From Prasinococcaceae sp. CCMP 1430 (lineage: Eukaryota > Plantae > Prasinodermophyta): a stretch of 39,438 bases of DNA. The stretch's first letter is position 1; each line of letters begins with the position of its first letter. Shown here in pieces: positions 19,488 through 31,745 of this stretch. The notes under the pieces are model-generated. The model was given only the letters and a program-made list of their open reading frames with translations, was not told the origin of the DNA and ran no database searches. The position numbers were made by a program, and so were the translations under genes. The stretch is taken from the NCBI GenBank assembly GCA_013416795.1, contig RQSC01000020.1, positions 232,714 through 272,151 of the forward strand, given 5' to 3'.

Positions 19488-22429
19488 CAGCGGCGAGGCG
19501 CGAGATGCTCGCGCTCGCAGGGCTCCTCCCGGCGGTGAGCAGCGGCGGCGGCGGCGGCGGTCGCGGTGGCGCTGCCAGCGCGGGCGTGGTCACTGGCCCC
19601 CGCGGTACGGCGCGTCCCTGCGGCGGCGCGGAGGAGGTGCTCCGCGCGCGCGCCTCCGCGCGGGGCGGCAGACTGCGCGCTTTGCAAGCGCGCGTGCGCT
19701 TCGAAGTGCAGGCAGAGGACCACCTCTTCGCGTCTGCCAAGTCTGCGCCCAACCGGCTGGTCGAGTGGCGCTCCCACGCGCTGTCGGACGGCGGCGCCCA
19801 GCGGTGCCGCAACGCCAGGGGCAAGGATGCTGTGCGGCGCGCCCACGAGTCAGGCCCTGCCGGCGAGCGAATCGTGTGGGCGACGCCCGAGGAGCGCGCG
19901 GCTGCCGTGCTTGCGTCCGCGGAGCGCGACCTCGCATTCTGCGCACGGGAGGGCGCGCAGCGCGCACGCGAGTTTGGTGCGCTGCAGCAGGCGCTGGCCG
20001 CCGCACGCGAGGACAAAATTCGTCGCAGGCACGCATTTCTGAGCGAGGTTCTCCTCCGCCAGCGCCAGCTGGAGGAGGCCAGCTTCCGTGCGGCGCGGAT
20101 GCAACGCGCCCGCAATGAAGGCGTGCTCAAGTGGCACTCGAGTGTACTGAATCGCAAGGGCCGCGCCGAACGCGCACGCATCCAGGCGCTCAAGGCTGAT
20201 GACTATGAGTCGTACCTGGAGCTCATCAAGGATGCCAAGAACGACAAGCTCAAGGAGCTGATCGCCAAGACGGACGAGGTTCTGCTGCAGCTTGGGGACA
20301 TGGTCGAGAGGCAGCGCCGCGTGGCGAGCGACGCCGGTGACGCCCACGAGGACGCGGTGCCGGGTGTGGACGCCGATGGCGCCAAGGGCAAGGAGCTCTC
20401 GGGAATTCGTAAGTACGAGGCCGCCGTGCACGCCGTCACCGAGGAGATCGACGAACAACCCGCCATGCTCGATGGCGGCAAGCTGCGCGAGTACCAGATG
20501 AAGGGCCTTAAGTGGATGGTGAGCCTGTACAACAATAGCATGAGCGGGATCCTCGCAGACGAAATGGGGCTGGGCAAGACCATCCAGGCCATCTCCCTTC
20601 TCGCCTATCTGATGGAGTCCAAGGGCATTCATGGCCCGCACATGATCATCGCACCCAAAGCTGTGTGCCCCAACTGGCGCAACGAGATGGAGCGCTGGCT
20701 GCCAGACGTCGAGTGCGTCCTGTACGATGGCACGGGCCCTGAGCGCAGGGTGCTGCGAGAAGACGTCGTGCTGCCGGGGAAGTTCACCGTGCTCATCACG
20801 CACTACGACCTGGTGATGCGGGACAAAGCGACGCTCACCAAGCCAAAGTGGCAGTACCTCATCATCGACGAGGGCCACCGCCTGAAGAATCATGAGTGCA
20901 CGCTCGCGCGCACGCTTGGGCAGCACTACAGTTCGCGGCAGCGTCTGCTGCTCACAGGCACGCCCATTCAGAACAACCTGAACGAGCTGTGGAGCCTGCT
21001 TAACTTCATTCTGCCACATGTCTTCAAGAGTTCGGGTACCTTCGACGAGTGGTTTGGCACAATCGGCGAGACTACCGCCGCCGCGGGCGACGTCAACGTG
21101 CAGGAAGAAGAGGAGCTACTCATCATCCAGCGACTGCACCAGGTCATCCGGCCGTTCATCCTGCGCCGCAAGAAGTCGGAGGTTGCCAAGGAGCTTCCCG
21201 CTAAGGAGCAGGTGGTGTTGAAGTGCGACATGAGCGCGTGGCAGAAGCACTACTACAAGCAGATCGCGGAGAGCGCCAGCGTAGGAGGTGCGGCAGGGCG
21301 CACGCGCGCTCTACAAAACAGCGCGATGCAGCTGCGCAAGTGTTGCAACCATCCCTATCTCTTCCTGGACGACTACGTGCCCACCGATCCTGAGGAACTT
21401 GTGCGCGCGGCGGGCAAGTTCGAGCTGCTGGACCACCTTTTGCCCAAGATGCGCGCCAGCGGCCACCGTGTGCTGCTCTTTTCGCAAATGACCAAGGTGA
21501 TAGACCTCCTGCAGACGTACCTCGAGGACTGCGGCTACATGTACATGCGGCTGGACGGCGCGACCAAGACAACGGATCGCGACGCGATGATCAAGGACTT
21601 CAACGCACCGAATAGCCCGTACTTCATCTTTCTGCTTTCGACACGCGCGGGTGGGCTCGGCCTCAACCTACAGACAGCCGACACCGTTGTGATGTTTGAT
21701 TCGGATTGGAACCCACAGATGGATGCACAGGCGGAGGACCGCGCGCACCGCATCGGGCAAAAGGGGCAGGTGCGCGTCTTCGTGCTGGTGAGCGTGGGAA
21801 CCATCGAGGAGGATATTCAGAAACGCGCGCAGAGCAAGCGCGGCATTGATCAGAAGGTCATCCAGGCGGGCATGTTCAACAATCAGTCCACTGCCGACGA
21901 GCGCAGGGAGATGCTTTCTGAAGCGATGACCAAAGGCTGGAGCGACATCGGCCGCGAAATTCCCTCGCTGACCGAGATCAACCAGCTGGCCGCGCGCAGC
22001 GATGAGGAGTACGACATGTTCGAGAAGATGGATGCCGAGCGCCTCGCGCACGCAGACGCCAAGAAGAGGCCGCGTCTCATCGCCGAGGAGGAGCTGCCCG
22101 ATTGGGTGACGGCCGCTGACGAGCCCGAGGAGGAGGAGCCCGAGGAGGTAATCATCAATGGCGCCGGCAAGAGCGTGCGCAAGCGCAAGGAAGTCGTGTA
22201 CAGGGAAGTGCTTACCGACAGGCAATTCGACATGCTCGTCGACGCGGACCCTGAGGACGGTGACGTGGAGGAGCGCTTGCGTGAGTTCACGAAGGCCAAG
22301 ATCGAGAAGGACAAGGCCAGGGAGCAGCGCAGAAAGAGCGCGCCTGCGCAGGCAGGCGGCGGGGCGGGCGGCGGCGGAGGCAGCGGCCGCGGCGCAAACA
22401 AGCGGCGCCGGACAATGTACAACAGCTGA
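19488..22429 (+). CDS. SNF2/BRM-subfamily chromatin-remodelling ATPase, CHR12/CHR23 (MINUSCULE)-like, no bromodomain; 5' end at n gap (first ATG 19505)
   Basis: HSA-like ALKADDYESYL segment; GILADEMGLGKTIQ, DEGHRLKN, LLLTGTPIQN, LRKCCNHPY, LLSTRAGGLGLN, QAEDRAHRIGQ; SnAC-like RSDEEYDMFEKMD. Confidence 0.95.
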
Positions 22430-22519
22430 TAGGCGGGCCTCGCACTCCGTGTGCGCGACAGCGCATGAAGATGAACGAACCCGCCGTATTCATGACATGG
22501 TCTGTATACAGCCTTACGT

Positions 22520-24478
22520 TTAGACAGCGATCCGCGCCAGCAGGTGGACGATTCGCTCCAGCGACGTCCTGCCGGGGACGCCGTCAGTCGTCAGGTGACG
22601 AACCGCCGCGACCGCATCGGTGCTTCCCAGCCAGGCATTTAGGATGTTGCTTGCCGCGGTGTCGCGATGCTGCGTGTCGCCCGTGTCGTCGACGCTGCAC
22701 CTCGCAACGCTCCACTGTGTGCGGCCGCCACTGCCGGTCCCGTCCATTGCCACCGCCGCTGCATCACCCGATGGTAGGACGACCCTCACGCCATGGCCGG
22801 ACTGCATTCTTGCGTCGAAGCCAAACGCGAGAAGGAGCGAATGCAGCGCCTGCACCGAAAGCTGCGAGATGATGGTGCTGCCGAGGGCACCCAGCTGCGC
22901 GAGAGGCACCACCGAACCCTCCACGTAGATGCTAGGGTGCGAGATCACCAGAGTGCTCGCTGCTGCAGCGTCGCAGCCGCGTGCGCCCACGCTCAGGCGG
23001 TACGCCGCCGAAGCCCCGCCCACTGCCGACCGCAGCCGCTGCAGCTTGAGGAAGTCTGACGGCTGCACGGCCGCTTCGAGCGTGCTGAGCGTCTCAACGA
23101 CGAGCGATCTTTGCAGCAGCCGCGACCGCACTGGTTCGAGCAACGCCGGCATCGGCACCACGCGGCGGCCAATGGCCCCACGAGGGCAGCGGGAACACCA
23201 ATCCATGTAAGCCGACTCGAGCAGAAGCTGCGAAATCGCGCTGTACCTCGCCCCGACTCCTCCCCCTCGCTCGCAAGTGCGCTCCTCCGCGCGATGATCC
23301 ACGCCCGCGCTCACGCCCTCCACGCCGCTGCAAGAGCGCAGTCCAGCCTTCAGTCCTATCCGCTGCGACAGGAGGATCTCGAACGAATCGCTGGCGGCAG
23401 TGACCACCCACGAGCCGCCGTTGCCATCGCCCGGCAAGCCTTCACCCACAGCGTTCGCAGGGCGCAGGGCTTCTGTCTGCAGCGCCTGGAAGAGCTCCCT
23501 TTGCATGAGCGCGTGCTGCATCTCCAGGAGCCTTTGATGCAGCGCGTCGGCGTCATCTGCTCCGGGTACCTCTCCGCAGGTCGCAGGGCCAGCGGTCGCA
23601 CCAGCCCCAGATGCTGGCGCATCGCCATCGCCGACGACAGTGTCCTTGCTAACTACTTCTACTTGAAGCCGTAGCAGTGAGTCGCTCGACTGGCCACTTT
23701 GGAGGCGGGCCTCGACTCTGACTGTCCCCTCTGCTGCGCCGTTGGGCGTCGGCTCGCCCCTAGCACCGGCGCCTGCCTCGGCTCCCTCCGTGCGCACGAG
23801 CACAGCGCCCACGTGCAATTTGCCATCAGGCCTTGGGACCGCCCTTCGATGATCCAGATCGACGACGAAGCCCGAGGGCGTGCGTCTGACCTTCCACTGC
23901 GAGGTGAGTCTGCCAAGCGTGGCGTACATGCGGGATTCGTTCGCTGACCTCTTGCGAATCCCAGCGGCGCCTGCGCGCAGCACGCCGGCGCACGCACGGC
24001 AGCTGTCGCCCCGTTGCTGTGCCCAGAGCGTCGAGTCTCGCAGCGCCTCATCAGCGGACTGCAGCGGCTGGATTAGCGACGTCGCTGACAGTTCGTGCCC
24101 ACCCTCCAAGCACTTGAGGAAGTCGCAGATGAGATCGAGTTCGGCGCCAGCGAGCTGCAGCTGCTGCATGATCTGTGCCGTGACATCCTGCTTGCGCTCG
24201 GCCTCTTCGACAGCACGCGCCGCCTCAGACGCAGCTCCCGCAGCATTTTCCCCCACGGTCGCACCCTCGTCGCCTGAAGCGACCGGCGCGACGGTCTCCT
24301 CTAGCGCCCCATCCGCGTGGCTGCCCTCCGGCCCTGCTTCGCCTGCGACCTCGTCGGCAAACCACGCTGTGCGCTCGACCTGCCCGACGAAGAGCTCCTC
24401 GGGCGACGGTGGCAGCGCAAACGTCTCCTCGCCCGACGGCGCGACGTGCGCTACGCGGCGCGTGCGCACGGGAAGCAT
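22520..24478 (-). CDS. MED17: Mediator subunit 17
   Basis: Blocks resemble plant MED17: LQLAGAELDLICDFL; ESRMYATLGRLTSQWKVRR..GFVVDL; LLEMQHALMQRELFQALQTEA. First ATG 24478 (24586 is a TTG). Confidence 0.78.
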   Translation of the reverse strand: MLPVRTRRVAHVAPSGEETFALPPSPEELFVGQVERTAWFADEVAGEAGPEGSHADGALEETVAPVASGDEGATVGENAAGAASEAARAVEEAERKQDVTAQIMQQLQLAGAELDLICDFLKCLEGGHELSATSLIQPLQSADEALRDSTLWAQQRGDSCRACAGVLRAGAAGIRKRSANESRMYATLGRLTSQWKVRRTPSGFVVDLDHRRAVPRPDGKLHVGAVLVRTEGAEAGAGARGEPTPNGAAEGTVRVEARLQSGQSSDSLLRLQVEVVSKDTVVGDGDAPASGAGATAGPATCGEVPGADDADALHQRLLEMQHALMQRELFQALQTEALRPANAVGEGLPGDGNGGSWVVTAASDSFEILLSQRIGLKAGLRSCSGVEGVSAGVDHRAEERTCERGGGVGARYSAISQLLLESAYMDWCSRCPRGAIGRRVVPMPALLEPVRSRLLQRSLVVETLSTLEAAVQPSDFLKLQRLRSAVGGASAAYRLSVGARGCDAAAASTLVISHPSIYVEGSVVPLAQLGALGSTIISQLSVQALHSLLLAFGFDARMQSGHGVRVVLPSGDAAAVAMDGTGSGGRTQWSVARCSVDDTGDTQHRDTAASNILNAWLGSTDAVAAVRHLTTDGVPGRTSLERIVHLLARIAV

Positions 24479-24787
24479 CCCCTGGACGCCTGCACGCTTC
24501 CCCTGCACCCACCCCACCAGCGCGCCTCGTGCGCGCTCTGGCGCGCCCCGACCGACCGGCACGGCGCACACGTCTTTTCGCACCAAAAAAGAAAAAATAA
24601 AAGAAAAAGAAACCTACTTCCCCAACAGCGCGGCGCTCCATGCCACTGAGCGCGCAGGCGGCGGTGCGCGGAGTGGCCTCGCCGCCCAGGACCGCCCCCC
24701 CTCTCCCCTGAACCCCACGCCACGCCTCCAACACAGCGCCGCTTTTGCCCGCCATCGCCTCCGCCTGTCCTCGTGTCTTTGGCGGCA

Positions 24788-26782
24788 ATGTCGGAAAGCG
24801 ACGATGACGTGGGGCCCATGCCCCCGCCGCCGCCAGGCGACGACAGTGATGACGATGTCGGACCCGCGCCGGCGGCGGCTGGTGGTGAAGGCGACGACGG
24901 GCCGTCGCCTGCAGCGCACACGGCGAAGAAGCGCAAGCGGCGCGCGCTGGAGGGCGAGGCGGCGTACGTGTCGGCGCTGCCAAGCGCCGACATGTACGAG
25001 AAGTCATACATGCACCGCGATACCGTGCTGCACGTCGCGGCCGCCCGCAACGACTTCTTCATCACGGCGTCCGCGGACGGCCACCTCAAGTTCTGGAAGA
25101 AGACGGCGGGCGGCGTCGATTTCGTGAAGCACTTCCGCGCGCACGCGGGCGCCGTCGAGGCCCTGGCGGTCAGCTCCGACGGTACGCTCGCAGCGACGCT
25201 TTCAGATGACGCGACTGTCAAAGTCTTCGACGTGGCAGCGTTCGACATGACGGTCATGCTGCGCCTCGGCTTCAACGGCTCTGCCGCCGTGTGGTGCCAC
25301 CGCTCGAGTGACGGCACAGCCGCACGGCTCGCCGTGGCTGAGAGCGGCACGCCGCGGGTATGCATCTACGAGCCACATACGACCACGGCGGGCTCGGGTG
25401 GAACGGGCGTCGCGGTGCCGCTGCGCGAGTTTGGCTCGCTGCATACCGCGCCCGTGTGCGTCATGCAATTTCACGAGCGCGCAGGCTGCGTCGTGTCGGG
25501 CGACTCGCGCGGCGTCATCGAGTACTGGTCGCCCGACGACGGGAGGTTACCTCCGCCGCCAGCCGTGCGCTTCTCATTCAAGGCCGAGACCGATCTGTAT
25601 GCGCTGGCCAAGGCCAGGCAGGCAGTGCGCTCGCTGGAGCTCAGTCGCGACGGCGAGCAGTTCGCGGTGGTCAGCGCCGATCGGAAGGTGCGCGTCTTCT
25701 GGTTCGCCTCGGGCAAGCTGCGCCGCTGCTACGACGAGGGCGAGGCAGCCATGGCCGAGACGCAGCGCAGTGGCAGCGACAGCTACCAGCTTGACCCGAT
25801 CGACTTCGGCCAGCGCCTGGCGCGCGAGCGCGAGCTCGGGCTGCACTGGGACGCCACCGCCCCCGGCAAGGATGCAAACACGCAGCCGCAGTTCCCGAAC
25901 GCTGTCTTCGACGAGAGTGGCAACTTCCTGCTGTATCCAACCCTGCTGGGCATCAAGGTGCTCAACCTAGTGACGAATCGCCTGGCGACGGTGCTTGGGC
26001 GAGTCGAAAACACCGAGCGCTTCGTGCGTCTCGCGCTGTGGCAGGGGACGGTCAAGCGCGACCGCAAGAACAGGATAGCGGGTGGCGATGGCGCTGACGG
26101 CGGCCGCGCAGTGGGCGGCGGCAAGTACATGCAGGACCCGACACTTCTCACCTCGGCGTTTAAACGGCAGCGCTTCTATCTGTTCACCCGCAGGGAGCCG
26201 TCGGAGGAGGGCGAGGGTGACGGCGCGGGGCGAGATGTCTTCAATGAACGCCCTGCGGTGCACGAGCTCGAGGCGGCGGCGTCCGCCGCAGCGGGGGCAG
26301 CCACCCGCGGAGCAAGCAGCGTGACGCTGTGCACGTCGGAGGGTGACATCAAGATCAAGCTCTTCTCCGAGGAGGTCCCGAAGACGATCGAAAACTTCGT
26401 AACCCACTGCCGCAACGGGTACTATGACAATCTGCTCTTCCACCGCGTGATTAAGGGCTTCATGATCCAGACGGGCGACCCACTCGGCAACGGCACGGGA
26501 GGGGAGTCTATCTGGGGTGACAACTTCGAGGACGAGTTCCGCCGCGACCTGCGGCACGACCGCGCGGGCGTCGTGTCGATGGCAAATGCTGGGCCTAACA
26601 CTAACGGGTCGCAATTCTTCATCACGTGCGTGCCGACGCCGTGGCTTGACAACAAGCACACGGTGTTCGGACGCGTCGAGGACGGCCTCGATGTTGTGAA
26701 GCGCATCGAGAAGGCCTCGACCGACGAGAAAACCGAGCGGCCGCTCGAGGACATAAAGATCCTCAACACGGTCGTAGAATAG
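24788..26782 (+). CDS. CYP71: WD40-repeat cyclophilin (CYP71/PPWD1), single exon
   Basis: [42 protein letters not shown]-terminal cyclophilin [42 protein letters not shown]. Confidence 0.96.
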   Translation: MSESDDDVGPMPPPPPGDDSDDDVGPAPAAAGGEGDDGPSPAAHTAKKRKRRALEGEAAYVSALPSADMYEKSYMHRDTVLHVAAARNDFFITASADGHLKFWKKTAGGVDFVKHFRAHAGAVEALAVSSDGTLAATLSDDATVKVFDVAAFDMTVMLRLGFNGSAAVWCHRSSDGTAARLAVAESGTPRVCIYEPHTTTAGSGGTGVAVPLREFGSLHTAPVCVMQFHERAGCVVSGDSRGVIEYWSPDDGRLPPPPAVRFSFKAETDLYALAKARQAVRSLELSRDGEQFAVVSADRKVRVFWFASGKLRRCYDEGEAAMAETQRSGSDSYQLDPIDFGQRLARERELGLHWDATAPGKDANTQPQFPNAVFDESGNFLLYPTLLGIKVLNLVTNRLATVLGRVENTERFVRLALWQGTVKRDRKNRIAGGDGADGGRAVGGGKYMQDPTLLTSAFKRQRFYLFTRREPSEEGEGDGAGRDVFNERPAVHELEAAASAAAGAATRGASSVTLCTSEGDIKIKLFSEEVPKTIENFVTHCRNGYYDNLLFHRVIKGFMIQTGDPLGNGTGGESIWGDNFEDEFRRDLRHDRAGVVSMANAGPNTNGSQFFITCVPTPWLDNKHTVFGRVEDGLDVVKRIEKASTDEKTERPLEDIKILNTVVE

Positions 26783-26926
26783 CGGTCGATTCTTTTAGCG
26801 GCGCGGAGTAATATTCATTCGGGGAGGTGGCGAAGTCGACTCGCGAGGAGCACAGCCGGCGCGAGACACAGATGCGGGGCGTAAAGTACCGAGCTGCGTT
26901 GTTAATAAGGGGTTTGAAGAGCGCGC

Positions 26927-27915
26927 TTACTTGGCAAGCTTCTTCTTCTCCGCCTCCTTTGCCGCCTCCTCCTGTGCCTTCTTGAAGCGCGGGCCCACCT
27001 GGCGCTTGTTCATCATCTCGAGGCGCAGCTTGCCGTACGCGCTCGCCGCCTTGAGCTCGTCGGTCACCGGCGCGAACTCCACCGCGAACTTCTCCTTCGC
27101 GAGCGGCAGGATCTTGCCCTCCAGCTGCTCCGCGGTCGCCACCTCGTTCGCGGTCGCGTCGCCGGCCTTGGGGGCCTTGGCGTTACGCGGGAACAGCACG
27201 AGCTTGCTCATGTAGGTCTTGAGGCGGTTCACGTTCGCCTGCATGGTCTCGAGCGACTTGTTGCGGCGGCGGTGATCCACGGCAATGCCGATGGTCTGCG
27301 CGTACTTGGCGCCGATGCCGGCCTCCTTGAGCTCCTCAAGGGTGAAGCCGCGGCCGAGGCGCACCTTCATGTTGTAGCGCTTGGAGGTGCCGCGCACGGC
27401 CGGGCGGAGGAGGCCCTCCACCGGGCGGGGGAAAACCTTCTCAGCCTTGGCGGCGCGGGCTGCACGTATCGATGAGCGCGTCGCGTCGCGCGCGCGCGTC
27501 AGCGCCATTGCTCGGGGGGGCAAGGTTCCACGGCGCGCACCACAGCACAGCCAAAAGGCGGTCGCGCCGCGCGTTCAGCCGCATCGCCCCCGATCACCGA
27601 CGCGCGCATGCGCGCGCGGGCACGGCTGCCGGCGGGCGCAGCGGCGTCGACGCCGCGCCGCACAGCGGCTCTGCGCTGCGAGTCATCGCGCCGCGCTATT
27701 CCCGGCCCGTCCTGGCGCGGCTTATCGCGCCGCGTCGCCGCATAGCGCACCCGTCTCGCGCGCGCGGCGCGCACACGCGGCAGGAGATGCGGCAGGGGCG
27801 TGCGCACGCGTGTGCCTCCCGCCGCTCGCGCCGCAGCAGGCGCAGACGCACCGTTCCTGCGGCGCGACTTGCGCGCGGCCTGGTTCAGCCAGGTCTTCAC
27901 CATAGGCTGCCAGTC
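26927..27915 (-). CDS. RPL13: 60S ribosomal protein L13 (eL13); exons 27915-27852 and 27459-26927; first coding exon not found
   Basis: DWQPMVKTWLNQAARK.RRR|ARAAKA.KVFPRP..GLLRPAV..KYNMKVRLGRGFTLEELK..IAVDHRRRNKS. Phase-1 intron 27851-27460. Confidence 0.97.
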
Positions 27916-28246
27916 CTGTTGTGGTCGCGCGGGGGCGAGGGTCAGCGGCAGCTCGGCCAATGCGAGGGCGCAGCAGCCATGCGCACGCGTGCCCCGGCCG
28001 GCGCCGCGAGGCGCGCTGCGCCGGCGGCCCGTAGCGCGGCGAACACATGCACGCAACCCATATACACACGGCCCGCGCGCCCCATCCCAAGCGCGCGCGC
28101 CGCGCCCGCGCCGCGCCCGCGGCCTTGCGCTCCCATCCCCTCCCCCTTTCCCCACCACCCGCGCATCCCACGCCCCCGGTTGCAGCCCTCTCGCCCCTCC
28201 GGCACCCTCCGCGCGGGGCGCGCGCGGCGCGGCGCCATGGAACATT

Positions 28247-28283
28247 AACCCTATAAATTTTACCCTAAATACCGTAACCCAAA
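28247..28283. promoter_or_regulatory. Three degenerate telo-box-like units (AACCCTAT, ACCCTAAA, AACCCAAA)
   Basis: Units at 28247, 28262 and 28276 in an AT-rich island between RPL13 and PI31. Confidence 0.4.
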
Positions 28284-28688
28284 GCCGAATCGCGCCGCCG
28301 CCGGCCGTCGCGCCTCGCGAGCGCGCGCGCGGCGGGCAGATATTTCCGCGCGGTCCGCCCCATCTGAAATTCGTCACGAATTTTTGGGAAGACGTCCGCG
28401 CGCCTGCATTATGGTGCGACGAATCGCGGGGATCCGCGCGAATCCCCGGCGCTCCGCGCGGCCCCGCGCCACGCGTGCGGACGCGATAAGGACGAGACGA
28501 GCGCGCTTTTCGGGCGCGGCGCATAATTGAGGTTTTACAAGAAGGGTCTGTATGTCACCTGATTTTGGCGCTTTTTGATGAGGATGGCGTTCGGTGTGCG
28601 GTGGGATGGCGCTGGGTGGGGTTTGGGTTGGTGACCTGGCGGGCGCGCAGGCGGCGCCGCGCAGCAGGGGAAGGAGGGGGGGGGGGGG

Positions 28689-28764
28689 NNNNNNNNNNNN
28701 NNNNNNNNNNNNNNNNNNNNNNNNNNNNNNNNNNNNNNNNNNNNNNNNNNNNNNNNNNNNNNNN
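28689..28764. other. Assembly gap (76 n)
   Basis: Run of n. Confidence 1.
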
Positions 28765-29508
28765 CGGGCGGCGCGACCGCGCTGCGCGCGGCCGGCGGAC
28801 CGCCTCGCGTTCGCTGCGCACGCGGGAGCGCTCTGCGCCGGGCTCGTGCCGGCGGACGAGGCGGAGCACGCGGGGGAGGGTGGCCAGCCGGTGGTCGCGA
28901 TGGCGGTGGGAGACACCTACGCGTACGAGTACGACGGCGAGCCGCTCGGCGTCGGGGCCGTGCGGGTGCGCTGCGTGCTGCTGCAAGGGAAGCTCATGGT
29001 GCACGCCCAGGCAGGGAACAGCAGCGACCGCCAGCCGACGTGTGCGCAACTGGACGTGGCTAGGCACGTCGAGGACGTCGCGGGGCGGGGGGGCAGCGCT
29101 GGGCTCGCGCGGCCCGAGGAGCTCGCAAAGCGGCTCGATGCCTTCTACGCCCAGCTGCTTGGCGCGGGCACTCGCCGAGGCGGCGCGGGTGCAAGTGCGG
29201 CCGGCGCCTCGAAGGTGGCCGACGCGGCGTGCGGCTCTGACGATGACGACGGGGCGGGATGGGTGCAAGTGCCTCGGCCGTCACAGCCTACGCAGCCAGC
29301 TCGGCCGCGCGCCCCGTTTGACCCCTTCGGCGGCATTGCGCCCGAGCCGTACCGGCCCCCGGGCGTGCCCGCGGGAGCACGTTACGACCCCATCGCCCCG
29401 GACGGCGTGCCTGTGCCAGGCCTGCCCCCGCGCCGATCGCGCGGGCCGCCGCCGGTGCACCCCGACGCCATGCCGTTTCACGGCGACCAGCAGCCGCCGC
29501 AGCTCTGA
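28765..29508 (+). CDS. PSMF1: Proteasome inhibitor PI31 (PSMF1)-like, start lost in gap
   Basis: N-terminal DRLAFAAHA; proline-rich tail with PPGVPAGARYDPIAP (PI31 PPGARFDP motif). Confidence 0.72.
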   Translation, partial: RAARPRCARPADRLAFAAHAGALCAGLVPADEAEHAGEGGQPVVAMAVGDTYAYEYDGEPLGVGAVRVRCVLLQGKLMVHAQAGNSSDRQPTCAQLDVARHVEDVAGRGGSAGLARPEELAKRLDAFYAQLLGAGTRRGGAGASAAGASKVADAACGSDDDDGAGWVQVPRPSQPTQPARPRAPFDPFGGIAPEPYRPPGVPAGARYDPIAPDGVPVPGLPPRRSRGPPPVHPDAMPFHGDQQPPQL

Positions 29509-29645
29509 GCGCGAAGCGCCTGCCTCGCCCCAGGCTCACTCGTCAAGCCTTGAGCACACACACCACCCGACTATGAGATGTTGTCCAATAAGTGTATAGT
29601 TCTACAGATACATGGCGCTCACGTCTCGTGCGGGCACGCCCTGGC

Positions 29646-31401
29646 CTACGTGCCCCCAGCACCGGGCATGGTGCGGTCGACCAGTCTCTTTAGGTCCTCG
29701 AGCACCTTTGCCTCGCGCTTCTGCTTCTCTTCGAAGTTGATCAGCGCGAGTGCGCGTTGCTCCTCCGCCGAGTACACCTGGTTCTCCTTGCGGATGCGCA
29801 CGGCGTTCATCCGCTGGTGCCTGCTGCCCGACATGACGTACCCGACGTCCTCGTAGTCCTTGATCTCATTCGCCGTGAGGCCAATCTCACCACGGCGCGG
29901 GATGCGCTCGCCGCTCTGCACGTAAGCCGCCATGGCAGTACCCTCGCCGGGTCGCAGTGCCTTGCCGTAGTCGACCTGATCTGCTGCGGCGGCCGCAGCA
30001 GCGGCCGGCAGCTCGACCTTCGCCATTGGCATCGGCCCCACCATGTCTGAGTCATCGGAGCTTTCGTCACCACCGCCGGCGGCCGCAGCGGGCAGCTGCG
30101 CCGCACCTGCAGCCACTCCGTCGGTCTGGCCCGGCTGCGCGAGTTTCTGGGCGGCTTCGGCGCCGCCTGGCTCCTGCGCGTCCTCGCCCTTGCGGCCCGG
30201 CGAGTCACCGTCTGACCTTCCGCTGCCCGAGTCGGATCCGGAGTCGCTGCTGCTGCTGTCGCCGCTCCGAGATGGCGAGCGCCTCCGCTTGCGCCTGCGC
30301 CTGCGCTCGCGCTCGCGCCGTTCGCGGCGCCTGCGTTCATGCCGCCTCCGCCTCGACCGCTCATAGCTGTCCTCGGAGCTCTCCGAGTCGTACCCCGACG
30401 ACGTGCCAGCCGTGCTGCCTGAACGCGCGCTGGTATCTTTCTCCTTGCCGTCGTCGCGCCCCCCTGGCGCGGGCTCGGGCGTTTCTTTCGTTCGGGCCTT
30501 CTTCTCCGGCGAGGGCGAGCGCGATGGCGTCACCGCCCACATGCTGTACCGCTTCATGATCTTCTCGCGCTTGAGGCGGCGACTGCGATTGCGCCAGGCG
30601 CAGCAGAGCGCGGCCGGGATGTGTCGAGTGCGCGTTCGTGTATGTGTGAGGGCGGGGACGCACAGGGGTCATTTGAGTCAGCTCGCAGGGCTCATGCGCC
30701 GCAAAAGGAGCTGCACGCCACGGCTGCTGCCGCGCAGCTCCCATGATCGGCGTGCTGCGCTTGCCGGCGCAGCCGCGGGGAGGGGGGCATGCGCGCAGAC
30801 GCCAGGCGCTAGGGTTGCCCCAGGCGTAAGAGTGGGCGTCGCCTCGGCGCGCGCCAACGCACTATTCGGAGTAGTCACCCGCAGGTATGTCATCGTCGCT
30901 CACATCCCCCAATTGCGCCGGGTGGCGCGGCCGCCCGCCCCCACGGCCTCCCTGCCCCTGCCAATGTGGCGGCGGCCTGCCGCGCATGTCTCGCTGTGGA
31001 CCTCCGTACCCGCCGCCGTAGCTGCGCGGCTGGCCCTGCGGCGGCGGTGGTGGCCCGCGCCGCTGCTCGTCCTCTGGAGGAAGTCGGCTCGCAAACTGTG
31101 CCGCAGCGCGCGCCGCGGCCTCGAGGTGCGCCTGCGGCGGCTGCGGTGCGTCGTCCCAGCGCTGCTTGCGCGGCTCGCGCGGCTCATGCCAGCGGCTCCT
31201 GTACTCGCGCGGCTGCGCGCCTCGATCATAGCCGCGCCTGTCGTAGTCGCGCTCGCGCTCGCGCTCGCGGCCGTCCGGCCGCCGCGGCGGTGAGCGGCTG
31301 CGGCTCCTGCTGCGCCCGTACGCCCGCCGTGGCGGTGAGCGGCTGCGGCTGCGGCTCCTGCGCTCGCTCGTGTACCTCCGCGGCGAGCGCGAGCGCGAGC
31401 G
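29646..31401 (-). CDS. NKAP: NKAP (plant MAS2)-like spliceosomal protein with RS-rich N-terminus; exons ~31401-30863, 30582-29646; start codon missing
   Basis: YGKALRPGEGTAMAAYVQSGERIPRRGEIGL...GYVMSGSRHQRMNAVRIRKENQVYSAEE. Phase-2 intron 30862-30583 restores DYSEY|RRLKR. Confidence 0.92.
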
Positions 31402-31418
31402 CGCGCCCCCACGGCCGC

Positions 31419-31745
31419 GCCGCGGCGGTTGAGAAGGCCATGGCGCTTGAACCCTCTCGGCTCGAGCACGCGTGTGAGCTCGCGAAGGTACTGCGACGCG
31501 TCACCCGCCGCCTGGTGCTGCGCGTGTCGGCACGTAGGGCCAGGACACGTACTGACGCGGCACTCTGATCTGCCCTCATGTGCGCGCAGGTCCTCTACCA
31601 CGAAGGCGACCATGTGAAGGCCCTGCGGGTCCTCAGAGCTGGACTCGAGCTCACGCCGCTCGACGTCAACGCACACAACGAGGCCACGTACGGCCGAACG
31701 GAGCTGCTCCCTCAACTCGAGGCCGCGGTGCGCGCCCGACGCTAG
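31419..31745 (+). CDS. 3' end of a TPR-like protein; exons ~31419-31487, 31590-31745
   Basis: EKAMALEPSRLEHACELAK|VLYHEGDHVKALRVLRAGLEL helical-repeat pattern. Canonical intron 31488-31589 (GTACTG..ACTGAC..GCAG). Confidence 0.55.

Noticed and set aside
27460-27851. Intronic snoRNA in the 392-nt RPL13 intron
   Set aside because: Only degenerate C-like and isolated CTGA words; no terminal stem or recognisable rRNA guide.
15335-28283. Interstitial telomere or chromosome-fusion scar
   Set aside because: Only isolated or degenerate units, no tandem array.
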